Of a DNA stretch of 64,000 nt, positions 31,170 through 41,712 are shown in pieces. The notes beneath the pieces were generated by a model. It was not told the origin of the DNA. It saw only the letters and a list, made by a program, of their open reading frames with translations, and made no database searches. The number at the start of each line of letters is the position of its first letter. Position 1 is the stretch's first letter. This DNA comes from an uncultured virus (IMG/VR IMGVR_UViG_2049941000_000086) (taxonomy: Duplodnaviria; Heunggongvirae; Uroviricota; Caudoviricetes): IMG/VR virus record IMGVR_UViG_2049941000_000086, one strand, 5' to 3'. The position numbers and the translations under genes were made by a program.

Positions 31170-31240
31170 ACCGCTTCCCTCCTTGTTGGTTTACCGTTAT
31201 GCGATATTACGTAAACACTATAAAACAGGCTGTTCCGTCA

Positions 31241-31444
31241 TCATACGAAATCGTCCGGCTCGATCCGTTCTACTCCGGTGATTTCGTAGGGTTTCTCTTC
31301 GTTGAAGCGGAGCTTCATTGCCCGTTCCGCCTTGGTTTTCGCCGCCGTGTCGCTCTCCGCCTGCACCCGGAACTGATACTTCCCATCTCCGATTTTGGCG
31401 TGAACGACGTAGAGGTATTCCACTACGTTCCGCTTGACGTTCAC
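31241..31444 (-). CDS. hypothetical protein
   Basis: 67-aa ORF coupled to the upstream gene. Confidence 0.6.
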   Translation of the reverse strand: MNVKRNVVEYLYVVHAKIGDGKYQFRVQAESDTAAKTKAERAMKLRFNEEKPYEITGVERIEPDDFV

Positions 31445-31680
31445 TCCGCCTTACCTTCTTTCAGCCGCTCCAGCATGATATTCCATGCAGCACAGATGGC
31501 GGCGGCAAGGGCAGCGGACACCACCGGGGAAAGCACGGCCCACAGGGCGCTCCAGCTCTCCGGCCAGCCGCCTTTCAGAATGACGACGATCTCTGGCACA
31601 AGAACGCCGCCAAATGCCTGCGCCGCCGTTTTCAAAGCCCTTATTACCCAGTCAGGCTGTTTCTTCAGCCATTCTTTCAT
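31441..31680 (-). CDS. holin-like membrane protein
   Basis: RALKTAAQAF motif and two TM segments. Confidence 0.6.
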   Translation of the reverse strand: MKEWLKKQPDWVIRALKTAAQAFGGVLVPEIVVILKGGWPESWSALWAVLSPVVSAALAAAICAAWNIMLERLKEGKAE

Positions 31681-31698
31681 AGTCGTTTCCTCCGTTTC

Positions 31699-33426
31699 TT
31701 ATCCGATGGAATCCACGTCGTTTTCCTGCCCGTCGCTGGTCACGCCCTCCGCCTCCGGCCTCCCACCGGGATTCATGTCATGCGCCGCAGCAGGCGGCAA
31801 ATTACCCTCCCCTGCCTTGCTCGAATATGTGGATATCAACGGCAATCTCTTCATAAGTACGCCGCTCTTCGCTACCATGTCGCTCCAGCAAATGTCATCC
31901 AGCAGGCTGCGGTCATGGAGTGCGTTGTACTGGATGGCGGCGGGGAGGATGCCCAGCGTCATGTCGCTGCGAAGCTGCTTCTCAAGCTGGTTGTCCATGT
32001 AAAGGTCGCCGAACATGTGGAACTCAAACTCATGCCGCAAACGAAGGTCTGCGATGGCGCAGGCCATCAGGCGTTCCACCCCGGTATAGATAGGGGCGAG
32101 ATACTTGCCCTCAATCTGGAAGGAAATCTGCGCAGCGCCAGCCCTTGCTTCGTCGGAAGCCGGGATCAGTCCGCTGAGACCCGCCTGCGTGATGATGTCG
32201 CTGTTGCCCTGACTCACGATTTCCGAAGTGGACGACACTTCGTTGAATGTCTCCAGCTTCATGTTCTCTGCCGGAGCAAAGTAGATGGGGACGCCGCCGG
32301 TGTTGTAGGCTGCCATGAGCTGATTCCACAGTTCCGTGAAGAGCAGTCGCCCTGCATTGCTGAGTTTGTACTGGTCTGCGGTATTGGTGTCCTTGCTCTC
32401 GAAGTACGGAATCTCTCCGTGAACGAATCCCACGAGCGGGTTCTGGTAGAGCTGGAGCTGAAGCTGAGTCAGATCGGCGAATTGCAGGAGTTCGATAAAC
32501 AGACCGGCCATCGGAGGCGTCACTTCCGGTAGCGCCTCGTCCACTTCGATGGTGAACGCCTTGTCTACCGGGAGCGTCACCCAGTAGTACCACCGTCCGT
32601 TTTCCCGTATCACTTCCGCGTCCGGGTCGATTGCCCGCACCCGGCTCATGTCTATCCCGGTACGGGCGGCGTACACGACTTTGCTTCCCTCCCGTCTCGG
32701 AGCGGGGGTCACGAGGCTGTTGAAGTCGTTCCAGTAATTGTCGAAAAGCCCCTCCGGGAACTGCCTCACGTCAGTTCCTGGTTGAGTAAAGTACATCATG
32801 TCGAACGCCAAGGTGTACTTGCTGATGTTGTTTCTCCCGACTATCTTTATCCACTCGGACGGAAGCTGCTGGTAAAAGGCGTGGTTGATGCGGTTGCGGC
32901 TCTTGTCGGCGCTGACCCGGTAAGTCCAGAATGTCTTACCCTCCAGCATGGATTTGGCCCCGGCTTCCCGCGCCAGTTCTGCGGGCTTCATGGCCTTGCG
33001 CAGTTTTTCTGCCAGCCTGTACTCCCGCCAAAAAGAATCGCCCATTTCCGCCGTATCCGTCAGGCTGGGGGCAACGTAATTGTGATAGGTCAGCAGGCTG
33101 GAGTAAGTGCGCCGCATATGGCGGTAGGTGTAGTTGGTGTAGTCCAGGCTGCGGGAGGCTTCGCGGAGTTCCGCTTCGTTGAGCTGCGGATGCCGGAGCA
33201 TTTCCGCTACTTGGTCTTTGGTGTAGTTGATGGGGCTTGTGCCGATGCTCTCGAAGCGCCGGTTCATGATCTGCGGGCTGGCATACATGGCCCCGCTGTA
33301 ACCAAACAGATTAACGAGGCTCTGCACCGGAACGCTGTATTCGTCCGCCATGCTACGGACTTTGTTGAATATCTCCGGGAAGGAGCCGTATTTCACTTTT
33401 TGCAGTTCTCTCAGGTCAGCACCCAC
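31699..33426 (-). CDS. portal protein
   Basis: 575 aa just downstream of terminase; C-terminal GGRP tail. Confidence 0.75.
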   Translation of the reverse strand: MGADLRELQKVKYGSFPEIFNKVRSMADEYSVPVQSLVNLFGYSGAMYASPQIMNRRFESIGTSPINYTKDQVAEMLRHPQLNEAELREASRSLDYTNYTYRHMRRTYSSLLTYHNYVAPSLTDTAEMGDSFWREYRLAEKLRKAMKPAELAREAGAKSMLEGKTFWTYRVSADKSRNRINHAFYQQLPSEWIKIVGRNNISKYTLAFDMMYFTQPGTDVRQFPEGLFDNYWNDFNSLVTPAPRREGSKVVYAARTGIDMSRVRAIDPDAEVIRENGRWYYWVTLPVDKAFTIEVDEALPEVTPPMAGLFIELLQFADLTQLQLQLYQNPLVGFVHGEIPYFESKDTNTADQYKLSNAGRLLFTELWNQLMAAYNTGGVPIYFAPAENMKLETFNEVSSTSEIVSQGNSDIITQAGLSGLIPASDEARAGAAQISFQIEGKYLAPIYTGVERLMACAIADLRLRHEFEFHMFGDLYMDNQLEKQLRSDMTLGILPAAIQYNALHDRSLLDDICWSDMVAKSGVLMKRLPLISTYSSKAGEGNLPPAAAHDMNPGGRPEAEGVTSDGQENDVDSIG

Positions 33427-33446
33427 GGTCCGTCCCTCCTTATCCC

Positions 33447-33791
33447 TTATTTGTTTTCGGCTTCAGCCGCTTCCTGTGCGGATTCCTCCGCCAGCTCTTG
33501 AAGTATCGTTTCCAGCTTTTCTATCGACTCGGAAATCTTGCGGAGCATTTCCGGTTTTTGCCGCTCGATCTCTTCCTTGATAAGCACGATGTTGCAGTTC
33601 CGCACCCAGCTCTCGTCGGCTTTCGTCAGCCGTACCGCGTCGTCTTCGGAAAGTTCCACGCTCTGCTTCGGCGGCTCTCCGTCGGTGTAGACGAGGGTGT
33701 ATTCCGGCGTCACCCGGCTGAACCGCTGTGGCCCCATGCCGTCAATAGTCTCCGGCTTCGTGGGCATCGCGTAAAGGTGATAGCTGTTCAA
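33447..33791 (-). CDS. hypothetical protein
   Basis: TTG start with AGGA RBS, overlapping the terminase stop. Confidence 0.6.
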   Translation of the reverse strand: MNSYHLYAMPTKPETIDGMGPQRFSRVTPEYTLVYTDGEPPKQSVELSEDDAVRLTKADESWVRNCNIVLIKEEIERQKPEMLRKISESIEKLETILQELAEESAQEAAEAENK

Positions 33792-35673
33792 TAGATTCTT
33801 CCTCTCTGCCGCGCCGCTACCAGTCTTCCCTTTCCTCCGACGGAAGCCGCCTCCATTGGGCTTCGGTTGGCATACTGCCGAAGAAGGTCGTCGTAGTCGC
33901 TCTTGGTCTGCCGTTTGACGAGGTTCTGCCATTCCAGCCTCTGCGCCACCCGCAGGGCGTATTTCAGGGCTGACCAGCTGTCTCGCTGGATGTGCTGGCT
34001 GATTCGTTTCTCAGCGCCGTTAATCACCTTGAGGTTCTGAATCTGCCCCACCAGTTCCCCGGTCTTCCGGTAAGCGTTGTATATAACGGCGTCGCTTCGG
34101 TCATCCTTGATGCGGTGGTATTTCTTATAGGCTTCCAGTCCGCTCTGCCAGTTGGAGGTAAGGAGCTGGACGTTGCGGTATTCAAACTGCGTCTGCGCGT
34201 ACCGCACCATGTCGGCGTCCGGGTCCGTCACCCCAAGCCCGCCAGCTTTGATTGGGTACAGTACCGGGAGCGCACCGGGCAGTTCGATGGAACTCTGGAA
34301 TTCGTGGTTCCACGAACACAGGGGCGGGAGCCCGTCGCCGATGTCNNNNNNNNNNNNNNNNNNNNNNNNNNNNNNNNNNNNNNNNNNNNNNNNNNNNNNN
34401 NNNNNNNNNNNNCGGAGCCGAATTGCCATGCGTCGATGGCGAGATAGGTGTCCGCGCCGTCAAAGCAGAAACGGTTCCAAATTGCCTTGACTTTCCGTGC
34501 CTGGTCCATATCCGGCGTGGGTCGCCAGTCATCCACATACACGACTTGCTTGAGGTACTTGTCCCGCTTGATGTGACTTCTCTGTCTCGTAAGCTTCAGC
34601 ACAACCAGAGCGCACTTGGCGTTGATCGGCCCGTCCGCGTAGCTCACGTCGTATCCGACGATATAGATAACGTCCTTCGGAAGATACTCGTTGGCGTTGT
34701 CTTTCAGGCAGGTGTGGTTCTCCATCATCAGGAGGCTCCGGCAGTCCGTGAGGGTACTGTCCGATACCATAGGGTTGCTGTCCGTCCCCGTGTAGAGGCT
34801 GCACAGTTCCCTTGCGAACTGATCCGGGGTAAGTTCCTGCTTCCGGCTTTCCGCCCAGGAGACCGGGCGCATCTGATTCAGCAAAAGAACGTCGTATGGA
34901 ACGTCCATCACGAACGCGCTCTGCCCCTGCTGCATCATCGTCAGGTGTCGGCATCGGTTCTCGTAGGCGTAGCTTTGCCGCCTCCCGGCGGACGTGATGC
35001 TGTGCTGCTTGTAGGGTATATAGGCTCGGCTCTTTCTTCCCTGCACCACATAAGGGAGCCGAACGGCGGGGAGGACTACCTGAACGTAATCGTCTTCGTC
35101 GAACTTCACCCCGTCCTCCTGCGCAATCTCTTCCGCCACGCTCTTGTGGAGGTTGATACCGCGCCGCCCGGTGATGGAGAGAGAACTGCCGTAGTCTGCG
35201 GTGGATATTGCGAAATTGTCCTTGCTGGAACTGTCCGTCTGGAAGTGCGCCGTCAGTATCGGATAGTCATGCTCCAACGCCCGGTGCGTTTCTCTTCCTA
35301 TGGAAGCGGTCTGCTTCAGGCTTGGGCCGATATATAGGGCTTTCGTTCCCGGCCACGTCAGGTCCTCGGTTTCCTCCTCCAGCAGGGAGGAATGGCTCTT
35401 GCCAGCCCCGCGCCCTTCCGTCAGATCGACGTACTGGTAGTTGGCCTTAGCCCGCATGTTGACGCGGTGCAGGATGGGCAGTTCGTAGTTGGCTTCATCG
35501 CTCCGGCAAAGGTCGGCAAGAAAGTCTGGGAACCACCGGCAAGCTGCCATGAAAAGAACCCATCCGTCTCCCAAGCTGTCGTAACTGTAGGCGCTCGTGT
35601 ATGACTTCTTCACCCATCCGGTCCCCGGCGACCATGTATAAGCTCGTCTGTATCCTCCGGGCATATCAGTCAA
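33788..35673 (-). CDS. terminase large subunit (one gene across the N gap)
   Basis: Walker A GRGAGKS, acidic VAEE, nuclease YIVGYDVS and QRDSWSALKY. Confidence 0.88.
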
Positions 35674-36639
35674 ACCCTTCCCGTCCGAAGTCGGAATAGA
35701 CCTTGTCCCTCCGCACTTTCGGGGCCGGTTCTTCCGCCGCTTTTTCAGGCGTCCAGCCGTCGTTGCGGGTCAGGTTCAGGTATTCGTAGACTTCCTGTTC
35801 CTGCTCGTTGGGTTCTGACGCAAACTCATGGGCGTAGTCTCCCATCTTTGCCTGCTCTGGGAGAACCGGGATATCCGGAAGGTCGTTGTTCTCCCGCATG
35901 GTGTTGATGATACTGAGCATGGCGTGTTCGGCAGCGTCCACGGTCTCCGGGTAGTGCTTGCTGCGGCACCACTTGAAGAAAAGTTCCATGAACTGCTCTT
36001 TTGTCAGTTCCGCGCCGACGCCGTATTTCTTCTGCATGGCGTCGATGATCCCGTCCACTCTCGCGGTTTCAATGGGCTTGGCGTCCTTCTTCCGAAGGTT
36101 CTCCGCCGCAAGGTTGTCCTGAATCATCTTGTTCATGGTGCTGGCGATGGCGGCGCTGTCCTTGTCGCCTTTGGCGATGCACTTGTCTCTTAATAGCGCC
36201 ATGCGGCTGCAGCTTCGCAGGGTGTCCTCCTGCTGTGCGTCCATGCCGCCTGCGGAATCGAGCCGGGTAGAGTACATACGGAATATCCCGTCAAGACTCT
36301 TGTAGTCCTGAACCGTGTAGGGGTTGTCGGGGTCTCCATATCCCCAGTCCCGCTCCCAGCGTTCCTGCTCACTGGCCCCGTCGGCGATGACGGTCTCAAC
36401 GTCGGTCTCGCCGTCGATGAAAGTCTCCTGTCTGGGAAGACCCTCCAGATATTCCAGATAGGCTTCCCACGTCGGAACGGCCTGTGCCGTATCGACCGGC
36501 AGATTCAGGGTCGCGCATATGCAGTACAGCGCGACGTCCCCGCCTATGNNNNNNNNNNNNNNNNNNNNNNTATGTCCCCGGCCAGTTCAAGAAAACGCTT
36601 GCTTATTTCTTCTGCTTTCGCGTTTTCCGGTATTTGCAT
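35666..36639 (-). CDS. terminase-adjacent protein (possible small subunit; N gap near the 5' end)
   Basis: GGAGG RBS at MQIPENAK; post-gap frame open into 35666-36277. Confidence 0.5.
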
Positions 36640-36809
36640 TTTGACCTCCGTTTACCAACCTCCCCACCCGGAGCGGAGCCCGACCCGCCCCGGATGGTAC
36701 GAAAGGAGGTATACGCGCTTAGTCCCAAGCGCCCACAAGGAAGAAGAATGAAACAAAAAAAGAATGATAGCATTGGCGGACATTCCGCTTCACGCTATCA
36801 TTCTTTCCC

Positions 36810-37781
36810 TTATTTTCGGCGTTTTGGTGCCAGTTTTTGCGCTATCCTTCGGTTTTCATAGGAGAAGTCTTCAAACCGTGGAACGCTTCTAAACAAGATT
36901 TTGTTGTTGCACCACTGCTGGAGCATTCGTATTTCATATGGAGCGTGTGGCTTGTCGTACACCATGACGAATGGGTCGAACCGAAGCTCCCGCAATGTCT
37001 CAACGCGGTATAAGTTTTCTTCCATGGTGCTATTGTAATTCGTGAGGACATATACCGTTCCATACTGTCCATGTGGCTTGTGCTTCGCCCTTTTCGCGTA
37101 TTCCGCAAATTTCTCTTTCAGGTCGTCTTTTGGGTTATCCCAAGCGAAATGGATTTCCTTTATCCTCATTTGGTTTATATCGTCTATGTCATCACCGTTG
37201 AGCAAACGAATATCCAAACCTTGGGTGAAATCCAGCCTTGCCCCGGTCTCACGATACTGCGCCATCAGTTCCCGCTTATCCCGGCAGGCTGTGATGTTTG
37301 GATCAAGGATTTTGATTTCCTTTTGCCCGTTCCAGAAGTCCGAGACGTCGGCCACTTTGGTGCTGACGCATCCCTCTTTCGCGGCCACATGGCAGAATGG
37401 GCATTGCCTGCTACAGCCCCTGGAGGTCATTGAAACGGCATACTTGAACTCAGGGTAAAGGCTGTAATCCGGGAAGCACCTCTCTATTTCAGGCGGAAGG
37501 TTTTCGTTCTTGCTCTTATCGAAGTGTTCCTTCCCGTCTTCGCCAAGGCTGATGCAGTAGCCGGTTCCACCCTTGATTACCAGGTCCGCGTTCATCGGCT
37601 CCGGCACATCCGGTGAGTAGGTGTCGGAAAAGACCTTGCTCATGTAAACGATATCATAATGCTCAAGGTCGCTCCACCACCACTCTACCGTATCTCCTTT
37701 GGCTTTGTGGTACGCGCTGATCCGCATGAGCGCCAGGTTCGGAAAATTGTGACCATCGACGTCAATCAGACCGATTCTCAT
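36810..37781 (-). CDS. radical SAM protein
   Basis: SRGCSRQCPFC CxxxCxxC motif; PNLALM N-terminal motif. Confidence 0.85.
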   Translation of the reverse strand: MRIGLIDVDGHNFPNLALMRISAYHKAKGDTVEWWWSDLEHYDIVYMSKVFSDTYSPDVPEPMNADLVIKGGTGYCISLGEDGKEHFDKSKNENLPPEIERCFPDYSLYPEFKYAVSMTSRGCSRQCPFCHVAAKEGCVSTKVADVSDFWNGQKEIKILDPNITACRDKRELMAQYRETGARLDFTQGLDIRLLNGDDIDDINQMRIKEIHFAWDNPKDDLKEKFAEYAKRAKHKPHGQYGTVYVLTNYNSTMEENLYRVETLRELRFDPFVMVYDKPHAPYEIRMLQQWCNNKILFRSVPRFEDFSYENRRIAQKLAPKRRK

Positions 37782-38383
37782 GACTCCTCCTTATATATGA
37801 ATTTATATCCTCCGACCTGTGCCAGTTTTCCGTTGGCGCATTCCGTTGCTTTGACATAATTTACACCCACGGCAGCAGCAGCTTCTTTTGCTGAGTAATA
37901 TGTACCCACAACAATGCCGTTTTTAAGCACCACGGTCTTCTTTCTCCCGCACATCTTTGGATTCTGGTAGTCATGTTTGGAAGCAATTTTCGCATAATTC
38001 ATCTTCTTGCTTCTCTCTTTGAAGTCCGTGTGAGCTACCGCCCTAGCTATCCGAGTTCCGTAGGTGTTTTGCTCCAAATTAGTAGCCCATTCCAAATTCT
38101 CTGCACGGTTATCTGTTTTGACCTCGTTTTTATGGTTTACAGTTGGTTTGCCGAGCGGATTGTCCAAAAAAGACAATGCCACAATCCGATGTATTGAGAC
38201 TAGTTTGGGCTTTTCTTCCCCGTTGCAAAGCGCAACTCTATGATATCCAGCAACGGAATCCTTGGGCTTCAACACTTTTTGGGTATAGTTGCTATATATT
38301 CTTCCCTTTGAACTCACCCAGTACTGATTTGAGTATGCCGGAAGATTTACCCTAGTCCAGATTTCTTCGATGGTACTATTCAT
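37778..38383 (-). CDS. NUMOD4-HNH homing endonuclease
   Basis: YWVSSKGRI, IHRIVA..F, VNHKNEVKTDNRAENLEW; AT-rich. Confidence 0.88.
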   Translation of the reverse strand: MNSTIEEIWTRVNLPAYSNQYWVSSKGRIYSNYTQKVLKPKDSVAGYHRVALCNGEEKPKLVSIHRIVALSFLDNPLGKPTVNHKNEVKTDNRAENLEWATNLEQNTYGTRIARAVAHTDFKERSKKMNYAKIASKHDYQNPKMCGRKKTVVLKNGIVVGTYYSAKEAAAAVGVNYVKATECANGKLAQVGGYKFIYKEES

Positions 38384-38388
38384 TGTAC

Positions 38389-39283
38389 TCACAACTTTCC
38401 TATTGCTTGATAGAAGTCGCCTTCTATTCCTTTTTCCTCGTTTCCAAAGTNNNNNNNNNNTAATAACGGCAATGCAAAAGGATTCCACTTCCGAGCTCCA
38501 CCTTACGCTTTCTGGCCCATTGATGGCGGCAAAGGCAAGACCGAATCCCTCTATGCCGCTGAACAAACTCCCCATTGTCGGTCTCTTTTCGTACTGTGCC
38601 GATATCCTCCGCATCAGCCAGCACCAGAACCCGCTTCGCTCGTTGGCGAATCCCACGGCGATACTGTTCCCCAACGCTTTATACTTCGGGGTATCCGCAT
38701 CCTTGTGGGTCTTCCCGTCTTCATCGACCCACTCCCCCAGATCAACCCACGAATCTGGGAAGCCCTGAAGCCTACAGCACTCTTTCGGGGTGAGTCTGCG
38801 CACGATACTATCCGACATATTGTTTTCCTCCCGTTCCATGACCGCTTGATGGTCGTGCATACAATCCAACGCATTTGCTATCGGAGACATGGACACTTGG
38901 TTGAGCTGACCGTTTCCTATGGAAACTGCTCTCTCCTGTTTATCATCCATGCTCTGTATCACCACCTTTGGAGTATGACCTTGGTTCGCTATGGGATGGC
39001 AGGGGTCTCCCCACTTCGGATGCGAGTAGTTTCCGGGGCTTGTGACCTGGGTAGTGTCAAACGGCAAAGCGTCAACAATCATCGGCACATATCCCCCTCC
39101 CATTCCCATGCTTGCAGGAAGCGTCGTACAATCTTCCGTCTCCTTTTCCGTCGCGTGGTTTTGATTGCTTTCCAGTATGATAGGCATATTCCCACCGCCG
39201 GTTCCGTATCTGGCGATTATCGGCATTGCGTACTCATCTTCTCTCCACCAATAACGCCTGACTTGGTTATAGAGTTTCTTCAT
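38389..39283 (-). CDS. C5 DNA methyltransferase part 3 (TRD-like repeats, motifs IX, X, I, II; permuted)
   Basis: RRLTPKECCRLQGFP, YKALGNS, GSLFSGIEG, WSSEV; end inferred across the gap. Confidence 0.8.
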
Positions 39284-39458
39284 CTCCAGAATCCGCGCCC
39301 CCTGCGTCCCACAGTTCCAGCACGATAGCGGTATAATCTGTGATCCTGCTCTGATGGTCTCCGGTCAGGGTCGGGGATATTTCCCCCGACCCGTTTCCCC
39401 TTGCGTCGTAGATGCGTCTTTCCGGAGATTTCCGTTCGCGCTGCCCGTCTTCAACCAT
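39267..39458 (-). CDS. C5 methyltransferase part 2 (single TRD-like module)
   Basis: DARGNG.GEISPTLTGDHQSRITDYTAIV; coupled to both neighbours. Confidence 0.6.
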   Translation of the reverse strand: MVEDGQRERKSPERRIYDARGNGSGEISPTLTGDHQSRITDYTAIVLELWDAGGADSGDEETL

Positions 39459-40878
39459 TGTCGCTTCCCTTTTGTTCCGTCTGAGCCACATAGGTTTGCT
39501 GATGCGTACCCGGCTCGGATGAAAGGCTCCCGGCAACGTCTTCCAAGTCTCGGACTTCTTCTCGCTGATTCTGGGTAAATGCCGATACCCTGACGACGTT
39601 GTTCAGGTTGAGGCTGACTCCTTGATTCTTTGCCTGAAGCGTTCCGTTTATCTCCGGGTTTTCCGTTCCGTTCCGGCAATCTACGGCGGCGACCGCATGT
39701 TGCTCTATCGTGTTGAGCGTATACATGACGTCGGACTCGGCGTATCCGTTTCCGAAGTGGGACTTTCTCGTTCCGTTCCCCTCGATTGCAAAGGTCTTTA
39801 CTTGTTCTTTGTTCAGGATCATCATCCCGCCCTGATTGCAGGCAGGACTCCCGCCGTTCAAGTCAAGCGTTCTTGAGGTGTCAGCCTTGTATATCCCGCT
39901 GTGCGGGTTCTTTGATTTCATGGCGTTGGAGTCGTAGGCGGATATGCCGTAGGCTACCGCATGTGGCGTACCGTGGCTGTCTGACAGGATAGTCGGAGAC
40001 TTGTCCGTCTGATAGTTTGCTCCGCCTTTTCCTCCCTGCTGATCGATTCCGTAGGCGAATACGCTCTGATTGGTGAAGGTACTCAGCGCACCGGTGTGTT
40101 CGTCCTGGATCAGGATTCCTTTTCCTCCTCCGGGTTTTCCTGCCCGCTCCTGGAAACTGAGCGCCCGGACTGTCTCTCCAGCGCTTCTTTTAGTTCCGTC
40201 GGCAGTTCCTTCCCCCTTCTCTCGGCACGATTCAGGATTCCGAGGCAGGCTTTCTCCGACAGCCGATACTTTTCGTCCGGGTTCGTCTCCAGCACCTGCG
40301 ATAGTTTCGTCGGGTTCTCCGCCCTCGGTTTCTCCCCGCAGTTGAGGGTCAAATAGAATCTCCGGCGCGGTGAGTCCGTTGAAATCACATACGAGGGCAA
40401 TGCGCTTTCTGCGCTGCGGAGTTCCGAAGAACTGGGCGTCCACGGTACGATAGGCGAGACTCCAGCTTCCCATCTCCGAGTAGTAGCATCCGTACTTTGG
40501 TCATCCCCCGTCAGGCACAGGAACTGTAGGGGCCGTTGGGTCTGCGACGCGGATGATTTCCGTGAGGACCGTTTGGAAGTCCCTGCCGGAATTGCTGGAA
40601 TAGGCTCCGCAAACGTTTTCCCAGACGAAATAGCGGCATCGAACATCGACACCTGTTCTCCCCATTGCTCTGTCACGTTCCCGCATCTCCTTTGCTATTC
40701 TGATCTGTTCCATAAACAACCCGCTCCGGGTCGTTTCTTCATCGTCCAGTTCTTCGTGTTTCATCCCTTTGCGAAGTCCCGCAACGCTAAGATCTTGGCA
40801 GGGGGACCCCCCGGTCAGCACGTCAACCGGCTCTATGTCCCACCCGTGGATATTTTTTACGTCGCCCAGATGTTTCAT
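39451..40878 (-). CDS. C5 DNA methyltransferase part 1 (motifs III-VIII plus TRD-like repeats) with in-frame TGA at 40501-40503
   Basis: HLGDV, GGSPCQDLS, WENV, PQRRKR in one frame across the TGA. Confidence 0.8.
40110..40676 (-). CDS. overprinted ORF resembling the M.EcoHK31I beta subunit
   Basis: LSQVLE..KYRLSEKACLGILNRAERRGKELPTELKEALE in an alternative frame inside the methyltransferase gene. Confidence 0.65.
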   Translation of the reverse strand: MTEQWGEQVSMFDAAISSGKTFAEPIPAIPAGTSKRSSRKSSASQTQRPLQFLCLTGDDQSTDATTRRWEAGVSPIVPWTPSSSELRSAESALPSYVISTDSPRRRFYLTLNCGEKPRAENPTKLSQVLETNPDEKYRLSEKACLGILNRAERRGKELPTELKEALERQSGRSVSRSGQENPEEEKES

Positions 40879-41294
40879 TTCCCGGTGCTCCCCATCCGTC
40901 CGTCTCCGCGCTCCGTTTCGTCCAGTTCCGCCACGACTTCCAGCTCCACCTTCGGGATCGGCAGGATAACGATTTGGCTGATTTTGTCCCCGGCCTTGAA
41001 CATGTAGTCCCGTCCGGTGTCCTCGCTGTATATTTTCACGATGATGGAGCCGGTATATCCTGCGTCCAACAGGCCCGTACTTGTCAGGCTGTGCTTCACG
41101 TTGAGGCCGCTCTTGCTCACCAGCAGGCCGCAGTACCCTTCCGGCACTGCCATGTGTACGCCGGTGTCGTGGACGGCATGTCCCCCGGCGGGAACGACAA
41201 AATCTTCCTTTGCACACAGATCCCACCCCGCGTCGTCGTCGTGGCCGTGCTTCGGCAAAAACGCGCCTGGGTCAAGTTTCACTTTGACGATCAT
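40875..41294 (-). CDS. dut: dUTPase
   Basis: AGWDL, SKSGL, GLLDAGYTG, GDKISQ, RGDGRMGSTG. Confidence 0.95.
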   Translation of the reverse strand: MIVKVKLDPGAFLPKHGHDDDAGWDLCAKEDFVVPAGGHAVHDTGVHMAVPEGYCGLLVSKSGLNVKHSLTSTGLLDAGYTGSIIVKIYSEDTGRDYMFKAGDKISQIVILPIPKVELEVVAELDETERGDGRMGSTGK

Positions 41295-41327
41295 AATTCC
41301 TTATCCCCCTTTTTCTTTCCCTTGTCT

Positions 41328-41690
41328 TCACGGAGCGACGCATCCCNNNNNNNNNNNNNNNNNNNNNNNNNNNNNNNNNNNNNNNNNNNNNNNNNNNNNN
41401 NNNNNNNNNNNNNNNNNNNNNNNNNNNNNNNNNNNNNNNNNNNNNNNNNNNNNNNNNNNNNNNNNNNNNNNNNNNNNNNNNNNNNNNNNNNNNNNNNNNN
41501 NNNNNNNNNNNNNNNNNNNNNNNNNNNNNNNNNNNNNNNNNNNNNNNNNNNNNNNNNNNNNNNNNNNNNNNNNNNNNNNNNNNNNNNNNNNNNNNNNNNN
41601 NNNNNNACTTCCGTATTTGCGGACGATGTACTTCATGTAGCCCCACCACCCCCGGTTGCGGGCATGTCTGTTGTAGCCCAAGTCAATCAC
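41328..41690 (-). CDS. hypothetical protein, mostly in the N gap
   Basis: WWGYMKYIVRKY N-terminal fragment; GGAGG RBS. Confidence 0.4.
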   Translation of the reverse strand: MIDLGYNRHARNRGWWGYMKYIVRKYGSXXXXXXXXXXXXXXXXXXXXXXXXXXXXXXXXXXXXXXXXXXXXXXXXXXXXXXXXXXXXXXXXXXXXXXXXXXXXXXXXXXXXXXXGCVAP

Positions 41691-41712
41691 CCCCTCCGCG
41701 CAGTTCCGGTCA

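Noticed and set aside
12329..35673. Apparent frameshifts or splits in tail, tape measure, major tail and terminase genes
   Set aside because: Each coincides with an N gap of estimated length, so they are assembly artefacts rather than programmed frameshifts.
37778..39283. Methyltransferase-HNH fusion (501-aa ORF)
   Set aside because: The join passes through the N gap at 38451-38460, and the HNH has its own ATG at 38383.
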